Position numbers and translations under genes: made by a program | The notes under the pieces: model-generated | What the model was told of the DNA's origin: nothing | Databases searched by the model: none | What the model saw: only the letters and a program-made list of their open reading frames with translations | Shown here: positions 1 through 12,000 of the stretch, one piece after another | How positions within the stretch are numbered: the first letter of the stretch is position 1 | Layout of the letters: the number at the start of each line of letters is the position of its first letter | Source: Balanoglossus misakiensis | Lineage: Eukaryota > Animalia > Hemichordata | Length of the DNA: 64,000 nucleotides | Direction: 5' to 3' | Assembly: GCA_040954595.2 (NCBI GenBank) | Contig: CM082586.2 | Coordinates: 4,758,409-4,822,408 of the forward strand

Positions 1-47
1 GTACGCAACTATGAACCCTAGTGGCAGAGATCGTGCCTGGCAGCACA

Positions 48-413
48 TAGTCTCGGTTACCCAGACCCCTTTGCTTCTTCCGCTGCTCTCCAGGAAAGGT
101 CGATCAGCCGCTGATTGGATGATCTGTCAGTATGACTATACTCGACTATACTACAATGGCGATGCAACATGTAGTGACTCTTAACAATTTGTGAGTTGTT
201 GTCTTGTCACATCAAGAGACAGGTACATGCTGGTTGATGTGAACATTTTAGTCGAGTTGCAGTGACCCAGGTCATACTGACAGATCAGCCAATCAGCGGC
301 TGATCAAATCCTGACAGCGGCCATTTTGAATCACAAATCGTTCTACAGTATTTCCCCAGACCCTTTTCTAGAGCGCAGCGGAAGAAGCACATGGGTCTGG
401 ATAACCGAGACTT
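48..413. mobile_element. Non-autonomous DNA transposon (MITE), AcademH-like
   Basis: Imperfect ~50-bp terminal inverted repeats TAGTCTCGGTTACCCAGACCC..TGCTTCTTCCGCTGC (from 48) and GCAGCGGAAGAAGCA..GGGTCTGGATAACCGAGACT (to 412). Flanked by direct repeat (T)GGCAGCACA at 38/39-47 and 413/414-422. TAG- termini with a 9-10 bp TSD are described for AcademH; the family assignment is inference. Confidence 0.85.
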
Positions 414-944
414 GGCAGCACACGATTCCGAGGGCAAGTGCTGTATTGGGGTAAGTTACCAGCTCTCGGGCTTTGGTTCCACGTTTGGGATGTGCAATAC
501 ACGTTTGTATTTTCGGTGAAGAGAAGCGTGGCTACCGCAGTTGGAATTCACAGAGCCCCCATAGGTCTAAAATGAGTTGAATGTGAATACTCATGCGAAG
601 AGAAAGATAGCCGTGCCGCGGGCTAAAGTAATTCCAGGTGTGGTGATTTTATTGGAATTCAGTCTTAGAAGTCTCAACGGGCCGCATAATCCATCAGATA
701 ATCCCCATTTAAATGAAGAGAATGATGTTCAGTGTGTATATCGAAACAGTGTCAGTTGCCGGGTATTGTGATATCAACGGCCGTTCCACATTTATACAAC
801 CCAACTGTACGCTCACGACTCACCCTAAATAAAAACGCACTCCAAAATTGTGCACAGTGTGCACACACGTTATGCTTATCATAAAATAGATCTCCATATT
901 TGAATTGTTCACATATTTGAAATGTTTCTTTCCCGTATGTAAGT

Positions 945-1173
945 TGATGCCTGCTGTATGCTCCGCGCCAAGAAGCGGTGTGTGATTGGTCGCAGCAGTT
1001 CCACTGGAAGAACATCGACCAATCAGTTGTCACTTTTCAAGATCAAGTAATTTCCCATGTAAAGCCCTGATGCCGGCTCCATGTTCTGTGCTAAGAAGCG
1101 GTGTGTGATTGGTCGCAGCTGTTCCAACGGAAGAACAACGACCAATCAGTTGTCACTTTTCAAGATCAAGTAA
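945..1173. repeat. Two-copy direct duplication (~106-bp unit, 123-bp period), each copy with an inverted CCAAT-box hairpin
   Basis: 945-1050 and 1068-1173 share AAGAAGCGGTGTGTGATTGGTCGCAGC..CGACCAATCAGTTGTCACTTTTCAAGATCAAGTAA. Confidence 0.9.
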
Positions 1174-2326
1174 CATATTGGCCAAGACGTGAGAAGAGGC
1201 AGTAACGACGATATGCAGGTCAGGTCAAACTATTTAATAATAAGAAAGCGTGTTTTTTTGCAGACGACAAAATGTGTCCTCTGGCACAGCTGTATTTAAA
1301 AAAAATTTGTTGTCACGTTTACCTCGATTATTCACGTTGTTTAGATACTAATTGAGCAATAATTTGCCATAGCACATGAAGTGTTTTATATCGACCCCGC
1401 ATGAGTTAAATAATTCTTATGATATTCAAGGCTCGCTAACAAAAACAATGGCCCTTCGCGCTCTCGTAATCATTTATGACAATTCTCGTTTTATTCAGCG
1501 ATTAAACCTTTCATCACGAAATTAAAGTACTCCCCTCGCTCAGGTTACAACTTGGGAAATGGCTGTGTTGACAAACCTTTGTCAACTTACTACCCATCAT
1601 GCAGTGTGAAACAGCAAGTAATTACCAAGTGAGAGCGAAGTTGTTTCGTTACGTAACGCGCCGCCAGCCTGAAATACCGCCAGGGACAAACGTCTTAATT
1701 TCTAACAGCGAATTGGTAACAATTTCGAAAGGAAAAAAAAACACAGAGCAGGAAATATCGGAATTCTAATCGGCGTATAATTATCTAGCGACGTTGAAAA
1801 TCCGGGTTGTAATTTTTTATGAACGCATTTCCTCTTTAAAGAGAATCTGTGACGAGCAGTGCTTTATGACAAAGCAGTGAGACAAGTTCCCCATCAATTG
1901 ATAATGGTTTAATAACCGGGACAGCTGCATAATATTGGAATTATATATGTTCAAAATATATGACCATCTTTCATGGATCTCGGTGAAATTGGAAGCTTAT
2001 CCTCCGCTAACATTTTTTGGCTTTTAAGACTACACTGACAAGTCCAGTGAAATAGTAGCATACAAGATCGTAGCTAAAGAAGTTACTAACTCGACAAGTG
2101 CAGCGCTCTGTACACATGACCAGAAACTGCAAACGGTGTCTTCCAACGACTCTGCTGGTCTTCAAAAATATCAATTCGTTATTACGACGGGGAACACACA
2201 TCTTGTTCTGACGCTGGGGTGGACGACCTAAGTAATGTGATTTTAGAGTCCCGTGAGCAAACAGCTTTTTTATGGAATTAATTTCGCCACAAAGTGCTGC
2301 CAGGTGTAGCTCGCGTGACCCGCAAT

Positions 2327-2409
2327 GACTGCATTCTCCCGAGCATGCTCAGTTAGCGCCCGTGAGAAGTTTTTTTCAAGATGTCGCCGAGTGGGTTGCC
2401 ATGGTGAGC
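2327..2409 (+). promoter_or_regulatory. Candidate promoter and first exon (TSS ~2351, splice donor 2404)
   Basis: ZNF143/Staf-like GACTGCATTCTCCCGAGCATGC (2327-2348), initiator TCAGTT (2349-2354), YY1/Kozak-like CAAGATGTCG (ATG 2381), RFX-like GTTGCCATGG and donor ATG|GTGAGC. The GACTGCATT.TCCC motif recurs at 2463. Confidence 0.4.
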
Positions 2410-2624
2410 GGCTCCGTTCTCCGTGATCTTGGCTAACTTTCCCTTATTAGTATGTTGTGGACGACTGCATTTTCCCCGGCGGGTGGGGGAGCAATAGATC
2501 GGAGGGCATTTCGACACGATGACGTCCATTCGTCACAATACGGCACTGAAATCATGCAGATAAACGTTTAGTCTGCAGCCTTTGTCCTTGCAATGCAATT
2601 TCACGAGACAGACAATCAAATTGA

Positions 2625-2710
2625 TGTGTTGCATTGTATTGTTATTGTACTGTTCTGTACTTCATTGTATTGCGGTGTTGTGTGGTGTAATGTAAGTGTA
2701 GTGTAGCGTA
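2625..2710. repeat. Degenerate pentanucleotide (TGTAN/TGTNN) simple repeat
   Basis: 5-bp periodic TGT: ttgtattgttattgtactgttctgt...tgtaatgtaagtgtagtgtag. Confidence 0.7.
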
Positions 2711-3754
2711 TAATCTGAAAATGTTCCGTTTTGGCTTTCACCTGTTTCTACATATGAGCGTAAACGTGGCAAAATTTTTGTCAATCTCGGCATCAAAAGA
2801 GAAAAATCATTTCAATTAATCGTCAGGAGCATTTCAAATTTATTTGTACTGAAACATCAGTTTATTTTTATGGGATAATACGTCATTCAAATTGATTGCA
2901 CTGTTCAAATACCACCACTCAACGTTGTGTAATTTTTACAACCACGCATATAGTGAGGAGCCTTCGCCGACAATAAAATAAATTTCCTCAACCAATTCGC
3001 ACATCTCCAAGTCGCTCTTCTGCGCATGCTTAGAGCGACATGTACCGCTCAAGGTCACACCGTCTACCCGTGTGGCCAGAAAACATTCATTAAATTGTTC
3101 TGGTTACAGATTTGAAGAAATGAGACTGATTACAAACGAGGCCGCGAATCAAGATGAGCTCTAAACTGGGCATTTTACTCAGGCGATTCTTGTGCAAGTG
3201 GTTTAATAACCCGCGTTTGAGGCAGCCAAGGTCGCGTAAACACAAGACGCGCGGAGAATGTAGCGCAGCCCCTTTAGCATATTCCTTCCAATGTCGACGA
3301 ATTAAACATCGGTAGGCAATTAAACCTTTATCCTTCGCCATTGTCTCGAGACGTGCACATAACAAACGGACTGGCTCTCTTAGCGATTTTCAGCGACGTC
3401 CAAATGCTGCAATTAACGACGACGATATACCATAAAGACACTGATTTTTCTCTATTAAATTGAAAACGCGATTTCATAATTATTTCCCCCCTGTGATTAT
3501 TTTGCATCAATCTGCGCGCTGTCGCCGATTTGTCTGCGGTGGGAATTCATTGTACGGGAGCGTAATTGCCATATTTTCTTCTCTGACGCATTTGTCGCAC
3601 AAGAAGGCATTTTATTGTCGTTCGTTGATCGCTTCACCATTTGATATTCAATGACACTGTGTCTTGCCACATGCACATCAAAAAAATACTAAAAGGAATT
3701 AATTTACTTTAATGCAAAACAATGTCATGAACATGCCTCATATATTATACATAG

Positions 3755-3755
<1 letters not shown>

Positions 3756-3785
<30 letters not shown>

Positions 3786-4002
3786 CATACATACATACAT
3801 ACATACATACATACATACATACATACATACATACATACATACATACATACATACATACATACATACATACATACATACATACATACATACATACATACAT
3901 ACATACATACATACATACATACATACATACATACATACATACATACATACATACATACATACATACATACATACATACATACATACATACATACATACAT
4001 AC
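3756..4002. repeat. Perfect (TACA)n microsatellite, ~61 units
   Basis: Uninterrupted TACA run of 247 bp. It explains the YIHT/MYVC ORFs. Confidence 0.99.
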
Positions 4003-5105
4003 GCAATGATCGCTTTTCATTTTCCAATTAATATCACAAATATCACAGAGGCTCGCTGTGGGCAGGAATAATGATCAAATCTAATAAAGCCTTAAGTGGA
4101 TTTACGAATATGAATTCGGATCGCTCAAATCGTTTCCAATTGATATTTCAAATTTCCAAATAGTCTATTCATGCACGTGGTTGTCAGCAAGGGCGTCCTT
4201 GTGGTTTGCGGCGCCCCCCTCCCCCCCCCCCCCGAATAGCGCTCCCCGCGTTCTTTCCGAGAAATCCGAGCACAGTACGGACGCCCCGGAGGCAGAGCCT
4301 CTTTACTAGAAATTTGGAATTTGTGTCGTCTGCACCGAAGGCACAGCAAACCATTACAATCACATTAGACGAGAGAGCTAATCACGGTACTTGTAAAATT
4401 GAGAGCCCCCTATTCGTGACCTCGTACCTGTCATAACCCAAGCCATCGTTGATGGAAAATAACAATTGTCATCATTTCGTCATCTTCGAAATGCACTTCT
4501 GAATAATTCGACGCCGGAATAGCCATGAGTATGATTAAATGCTCTTATTGAAAATTAAAAAATGTTATATTACGAACGCGTATTCCCTCTTCGTTGTCCA
4601 CGTTAGCTTCGTAGTATGAACTTTGTCGACATACTTGTACTTAGCTAGCAGTTATTTCTTGGAGCTGAAATTTTATCTCTCTCTATTGTCTTGTTGAAAT
4701 TAATTCCCTGGAATAATGTCGATATAGTCGTTGGTAACGCCAATCGGCGTGTCTAAGTTGCAGTCTTGAGTTCTTTGCCTGTGTTAACAAAGAAAATCGA
4801 CCACTCGCTCTTAACGTTGATGAATATGTCATGAGGCGAAGGAAAACACCGCCGGCGCTTTTTTTCTAATTCACTTTTGTATTGATTACAATGTACACGT
4901 TATCAGACAAGGGTCAATGCTTTTTCCTCCCGCCATTTTCTTTTTTATTTTCTCGTCGCTGCAAACTCCCAGCGCGGAATAGAAAATTTGCCAATGAGAC
5001 GTTGTTTGCGCATGTGCCTGTAAGTGTAGCGGACATCCTTGTCGTCCTCTGCTCGCTCCCAGAACCTAAAGGTCGCGTTGTGTGCACGACGGTGTGCATG
5101 CAATG

Positions 5106-5160
5106 ATGTAATATGCACCGTCATTGGTTGCCGTTATGTAATATGCATCGTCATTGGTTG
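5106..5160. repeat. 25-bp direct repeat (30-bp period)
   Basis: ATGTAATATGCA(C/T)CGTCATTGGTTG at 5106-5130 and 5136-5160. Confidence 0.9.
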
Positions 5161-5269
5161 AGAATAAATTACGACCCAAACCCAATTGATTTTATGTAAA
5201 TTTACCAGTGCATTTTATCGGGTAGAGACAATACAAGTTATGGACAGCGTCACTACATATGTTCCCGCG

Positions 5270-5505
5270 TAGGTGAGAACCATTAGATTTCCGGGAGGGA
5301 TGGAGGATTTTGGTATGTTAGCAAAAAAATCAGCCACTGTTACAGCAAATTGTTTTTCTTTCTTTAAAAAAAATTCTTTCTGTTGCCAGTCCTACTTTAT
5401 CCTCGAGGCATTGTAGAAGAACCTTTTTCCTCTGCACCATCTACCATGATTTTTTTCAAAAATTCTTCTCTCTCCCCCCACCCGAAATCAAATGTTTCTC
5501 CCCTA
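5270..5505. mobile_element. MITE with ~27-bp terminal inverted repeats
   Basis: Left end TAGGTGAGAACCATTAGATTTCCGGG. The reverse complement of the right end is TAGGGGAGAAACATTTGATTTCGGG. The interior is AT-rich and non-coding. Superfamily not determined. Confidence 0.75.
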
Positions 5506-7065
5506 ATCGCTGTGTGGGAATGAATCTTGACAGGCATTGGACGGAAAACATAGACGTCGTTCAGTGACAGGTGCCATATTTGCCGTCTGAATGGATTATT
5601 TATCAAAAGCCGATTTCCAGAGTGATGCCAGTCGACGTAGAGTGAATACCTCACGTATCTAATTCGATGAAAAACGAAAATTCTTTCTGATGGCGTCCGT
5701 CGACTGCACATATATCGGCAGGAATCGTTCTTTGCTGAGTGGCAGGCAATTTGCATAAATGAGCGGTTTCCGGAATAGCTGGGCGGTGTGTATATGCCTG
5801 TACTCACACAGCCAATCCATCGGTGAGCAATTGAGCGGAACAATGGACTTTGCAGAAACTGTCGTCGACTGACATGTACAGTTTGCGCAGACAGATCAAC
5901 TTGGGTTCGGAACAACTAAAATACCCGGGAATTCTGCATGGAACGCTGAATTCGAACACCACCACAATGGGATATGTTCGAATTCCAGTTTCTTTTTTGC
6001 TTGAATTTATACAATATTTATATTCGTGATGGAATTCTTGTGACAAATTAAAAAAAATCTAATTGGAAAATAAATGAATTGCATTTGTCTAGTGTTGCAT
6101 GCTGTCCCTCCTAGAATGCCATTATTTTGGAGGAAATGTTTATCAAGAATATTTCCAAGCAAACATTGACCTGTCCGTTTCTACAGTGTTCAGCAAGGGT
6201 GACACTAATCTCGTGTTGGCCCGGTGCTTCGTGCCCCAATTCCAACATGGCCGTCGGCGCGACATTTTTCTTCTGACCTCATTTTCGACGTCTCCAATTC
6301 AGATGGACTCGGATTTTCGCAAATCCCACAGATCCGCCAATCAGGCCGCCAATTACACAGCTACGCTCTCAATGTCGTGCTGTTGGCTTACAGCGATGAA
6401 AGTGCGCGGGAACCTGCCGAGCACTCTTGCTGACCGGCGCCACGCATAATTGCCTTTGTTGTGTCAGTATAAATGTGAAAAAAAATTGAATCAAAAATTC
6501 TGTTCTCACTGTTCTCAAATAAACTTCCATTACATTCGTCTGTCAAAGCAAAGAACTCCAGGAGTAACCACGCAATTTCTTCTTGTCAGCGCGCCGAATT
6601 GTCTCGTTGTCAATATGGCTGCCCTGGCTAATTCTTTGTCAACTTTGCGGTGAACACTTGTTACAACAGTTCTTGTAAACACGAGATGCGCAAGGGGACA
6701 TTTGTACATGTATTTTCGAAATTATTCCACACAAACCCACGTCGGATTCATAAAGAGCTGATCACCAAACAGCACACCAAGTGTCAACACGCCCGCTCTG
6801 TCTTTTGTCAGTAGTGACATTTGCAAGCAGGTGTATCATAAAAATCTTCCCACTAACTTGACATTTGCACGATAGCTAGAAATCCCCGTGTAGCAGGCTC
6901 TGAGTGGGTTTTGGTTTGCGGTGAGAATCGGATTGGTGGACATGCATGAAAGAGGAGCAACGTAGGCGTCAAGAAACGACGCCATTGTTTTTCAAAAGTC
7001 AGAACTCATGCCAGTTGTATATAGATAACGTCGAATTTTTTTGGCAGCGGTGTGAGAGAAAACAC

Positions 7066-7119
7066 GATGATGATGGTGGTGGTGGTGGTGGTGATTATGT
7101 TCCTGTTGTAGTTGTTGTT
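7066..7119. repeat. Compound trinucleotide repeat (GAT)/(GGT)/(GTT)
   Basis: gatgatgatggtggtggtggtggtggt...gttgtagttgttgtt. Confidence 0.85.
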
Positions 7120-7559
7120 CTTATTCTTCAAACAATGAACAATTCAATTGTACATGTACCATCTGCATTGACAACCGCAATCAGCAGCGGCGGCAAGATA
7201 TTCACGTGTGAATCACTGTCTTCTGCCAAATGATCATTTCACTGTGAAATTACTCTATTATCGCTCTTATAATCGACGCTATCTTGTCATTATCACGTTT
7301 GCTATCATCTTCATCAAACGGACGCGTTCGCCGGAAGCGCGCGCGCTTGCCTCGTCTGATAGAGCCCCGTAGAATCTGACTCCTCAATCACCAACTGGCA
7401 GGTCTGTAAGCGTAATTACTCAGACCGTTAACTGGAGTACTAACGAACCGTTTTATCGCCCTAAACGAGACTATATATTTTTTCGCAAGTGTACATAATT
7501 AAAAAATAACTAAGAAGTTAATTTAGAACAAACGTCGTTAAAAACCTATATAACTTTCG

Positions 7560-8460
7560 AGCATGCATCACCGCGGAAGTGACGGATATCCGACGCCATT
7601 TTTCTCCGAACCCGGACAGGACAGTGTGGGCAGGACGACCTGCCGCGGTTGATGACCGGAAGAGTCATACGTTTGGATGACTGTTAACGTTTTGACCGCC
7701 CGGAAAATTACTGAGAGTGTTCAGTGCGTTGACACCTGCCGCCAATCTACAGTTATGCGTGTACCAGCCAGATCTGAATCATTCATCGGGTTTATTGCTG
7801 GCGTGGGCAATGCCCAATACAGCCAATTACACTGCATTAAGTTCCTAATCAATACAACCGACCCGCTGTTTCGCATTTGTATCAACTTGTCGCCGCCCCC
7901 ACAGATCAGGCTAGAAATTTCGGGCGGCGCTGGGTATATAACGCCACGAATTTTCAAAATCGGCCAAATAAAGATCTGTCGTGCAGTTCACGTGTCGGGT
8001 AGGCTAAACTCGCGGAAACCGACTGGACTCGGGCTTATATGTATTCTCAGTGCCGTGTTTCCCGCCAACGGGCAATTACGTGAACATGGCAAGTATAGTT
8101 CCCACCCACACCTGCATTGGTACACACAGCAGGTCTACCGAGCGCAACTAAAAACACAGTCAAATTATCGGCGCATGCTCGCCCGTTGCCCTGGTTTCGC
8201 AGAAACACCGTGGTCTGCGTTTATGCGCGCCGTGACGTCACCTCCAAAGTTGACGTGCGTTGCCGTGTAATTATAGCCGCTGTGAAGAGCCTTGTTTCTG
8301 CCAGTGACGTCATCACGCCCAATGGCTCGCCTCTCGAGTTAGCGCTGCTCAACTATATTCACAGGCCGCGCGCACGCTCTATTGCCCAACACCTGTTGAT
8401 GACGTCATCGGATTCGGACAGCTCCCAGGCTCGTGAGCGAGCGCGAGATAGATGCAGGTG
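7560..8460. promoter_or_regulatory. CpG-rich promoter/enhancer-like region with three perfect CRE palindromes
   Basis: TGACGTCA at 8233-8240, 8305-8312 and 8400-8407, TGACGTG at 8251, CCAAT at 8319, ETS/half-CRE GCGGAAGTGACG at ~7573, YY1-like CGCCATTTT at ~7594, and TATA-like elements at ~7935 (+) and ~8035 (-). Direction unresolved. Confidence 0.5.
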
Positions 8461-8995
8461 ATATTCAAACCTCCGTGGCGGTATTGAATGGCCGGCTTAA
8501 TTAATTCATTGACATCAATTCCCCGGCATACGCTTGGCGAAATCTGAGCGCATACAATCATTCCCAAATGCCATGTACATCCTTTTATCATCGGAATATC
8601 GAATGGCATTCATGATATGCCACTGTTAATAGTTGCGGCGCTTCTCCGGCGATATTAACATGTGAATTACAATAACAACTGAGCATGAGCTGAAAATAGG
8701 CCGTCATTCACTCTAATTAATTCATACTCGTCATTTAAACAACCATATCAACAGCTGTGGGGAATTTTGGTGAATACAAATTTCGGTCGCGTGTTTTTCA
8801 CCGAATAATATTATTTAACTGAAGAGTGTTTTTGTATGTACACGCCCGTTGAGGGAGGTCAACGTGATATTGTGTACGGGTGATAATTGGTTAGGTGTTT
8901 ACGGGAAAGTCCTGCGGTTAGCGGTAAACAACTGGGAAGGATTACTTCACGTTTTCGTGGACTATTTATCCGTTGTGAACGCAGGAGATGTGCTC

Positions 8996-9050
8996 GGTTC
9001 GGTTTGGTGTGATGTGGCGTTCTGTGTTGTGATGAGATGTGATGTGATGC
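8996..9050. repeat. Degenerate (TGTGA)n pentamer repeat
   Basis: ggtgtgatgtggcgttctgtgttgtgatgagatgtgatgtgatg. Confidence 0.6.
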
Positions 9051-12000
9051 AGTTTGGCGAAGAGTTTGGAGGAGCGAATGGTCGAGGATGTCTGAGAATA
9101 TGCGAAGTTACAGGCGATTAAACACTCGACAAGTGCATTATGTACCCATCCCGCTTCTTCTGTCAAACGTGGAGTCGCATAATCATATAGTGTCGCTTGA
9201 ATACCATCATGTATGACGTCTATCTGAATATCTGGCAGCGCTCAATTGATGCCTTCGTGACCAAAGTTCACAGTTCCCTGTAAATTTAGGCATTACCTCT
9301 CGGAAACGGTCACCTGGATTGTGACTGTTAAAAGTTGGCAGCAAAATATACCAAGGAAAATATAACAAACACAGTAAATTCTCGAAAATGTTAATTATTG
9401 AAATCATTGTGGTATAATGCCTGTGTTATTAATATGCACACCACCACAGCTTTATGCTAATCGATAGCTCATTGATTATTTTTGCGGTTTTTTTCCCCGA
9501 GGGCAATTATCATCTCCACAGATGAGTTAGCCTAATTAAATATTTAACATTAGATGCTTATTGATTAGAAACCGTTAACTCAATTCATGGCTAGCTCGTC
9601 CTCTACTCGGTATGTAAGGTCAATCAAATTCCAGCGAAGGATATTACTTTTCGACGTTCTGGATCAACTATTGGGAGCCGCGAAATCCTTCGACTTTCAA
9701 GTAGCTGTCACTAATTCGGATTAACGGCGACTTCGTGGAGGCCGTATTGAACCGAGTGGCTGTCATCGGCATGCAGCGCACAGTGCAGTAGCCGTGTCCA
9801 TATACCCCCAATCGCCACACAACATCCATTTATGAGATCACGCAGGCAATGGATACATAATAAAAAAATGTAGGGCGACAAAGTGCGGCATTATATTTCA
9901 GCGGATGCCTCGTGGAAGTACGTGCTCCGCTATCCTCTTTCCTAATTCATATACACAGGCTTTTAACACAAGACCCAAATCAATATGGTTTATTGATGAC
10001 AATAATTGCACAGAAGGAGCGGGAAGAGAGAAAGAAAAATGAAACGCACGGGGTTTATATATTCACAGCGATATTGACGCGCGCCAAGGATTAGAAAAGA
10101 AATGCGCTGTATCAACTCTTCCCAGAACAATTGCGATAAAGGAACGCCGAAATGAAGGACTTCTGTCATTATAGTGGCTAACAGAAGGAGAATGTGCAGT
10201 TTTGAAATAACACCTGCCCCCCTTCTCTGAATTGTTCGAGAGAACCACTTTGATATTCCGGCGGTTGATTCGACAAGTGAGGCTCGCGTCGATGATTGAA
10301 GAGGTGGCTTCGGATGCGCGACGTGAAATATTAGTATTCAGCGAGCGGAGTCTCGCAGCGGAACGGAAGGCAGACATGTTCGGCTCCGCGGGAACAGGCT
10401 CAAATTTTGTTCGTTGTGAAGGTGACACCTGGACTCGAGTGTCATGTCATGCGTGGGCGTGTCGGTGTCATAGAGGGCGCCACAGTTCCATGCAGATACC
10501 AGAGCAGGCTTCTGTTGAGGACTGGTGGGCATCGCATATTTCCTTTAATAAAAGTTCAACAGATAAGATGTATCTCATGTCGGTTCGTGGGACATCGGTT
10601 ACTCTCGCATCCCTACGGAAGCAACCCGATGTTTTATTGTCTTTAAGCGGTCTACTTATCGGCCCCATGACAGCGTTGCGGTTTGTTTGCATATGTCTGT
10701 CTGTTTTCCGTTCCTTGAAGATGGCGGGGTCCGTGTCCGTGCAGTCGATGTACTTGAGGTGGTGACGTGCCCGATCGGTCGGTCGGTCGCGCGTGTCATC
10801 CAACCCCGCTCCAAGGCCGGACTGGGCATTGCATCACAGTTGGCCATCCCATCCACATGCAACGCAGATATGCTTTGACTGTCCGCATTCCTGTTAACTG
10901 TTCAGTAACACGACACCCACAAAAATGCGAACTGTCAATTACGCAAATCTTTGTCTCGTCACGTTCACCATTCACAGCAAAACCGCTGCAGTTGCTCTTT
11001 CCGGTACGTCAGCGCCACATCCCGGTCGACGTCAACGCTCGCGCTACTCTGTCGCCCACGTTTTAAAATTTTAAGTTTGGCTTTATCCAGCCATCGTCCG
11101 CTCGCACGGGTCGTTAGCTCTACTACAGACGGAGACCAAGGACCTTGGCGGGCGAAGATGGACATTCAACCTAGTCGGCGAAAATTCACTCCAAAAACAC
11201 CTATCCAGATATTCGCAACACATTCAAACTACCTCGGGGTAGATTCTTTTCCGCATTCCCAGAGTGTTTGAGATAACTGTCCAAATTCGACGATACGCGC
11301 CACCTCTGCAAGACGCTTAACGCGCTATGGTATCTAAATAACGCAACCACGCATGTCTTTACTTTCAAAATCGCGCGTGTTCAAACATCTCGCGAGAAAT
11401 CAAGCAGAAGAGTTTGGGTTGCAGCAAGGGGGAAAATAGAAAGCTATGCGAGAAATATTTTCGGATCAATTTTTCGAGTGAAACAATGAATGATATTGAA
11501 AAATAGCAGAAATAGTTTCCAGATGTCGTAACTTCGTGGGCTTGGTGAAAAGGTCGACATTGATATCTGTTCAAATCCCAACGAAATGTGAGAATGCCAT
11601 TTGTTAATTAAAGCAATCAATTAATTCATACATTTTTAATGGTCTAGAAAGTGATGAGTCTTGTGACATTTTATTGACAAAGCAAACAATAATAATTTCA
11701 ATCTCTTAATGCCCAGACTGAATCATCCATAACGGCACCCTTGACCGAAATGTGGCAGTCTATGCGAAATTCTCTCGTAGCCTAGGTCAAAAGTTGCTAT
11801 AAAACAATTATTGGGCCGAATCAATGCTTTGTTCTTCGTTGACTGTGCGAGTCTGACTTTGTAACTCACCAGCTAAAGACGGTGATATCTCTCTTGGAAG
11901 ATTTGATGACTGTGTAAATGTTCTTGGAAAGAGCACGGTGTCCCCCTGTTCTTCCGAGGTGATTACACACAGCTGCGAGTGTTTAACCCTTTGCACCTTG

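Noticed and set aside
3712-4071. ORFs with YIHT/MYVC repeats
   Set aside because: They are translations of the (TACA)n microsatellite.
5397-8270. Longest ORFs (172 aa at 5397-5915 and 197 aa at 7677-8270)
   Set aside because: Composition is not protein-like. One runs into the MITE and the other overlaps promoter-like sequence. No domain was recognised.
10063-11271. Cluster of overlapping 100-180 aa ORFs on both strands
   Set aside because: No recognisable domain and no convincing splice boundaries. Consistent with chance ORFs in GC-richer sequence, though a 5' exon cannot be excluded.
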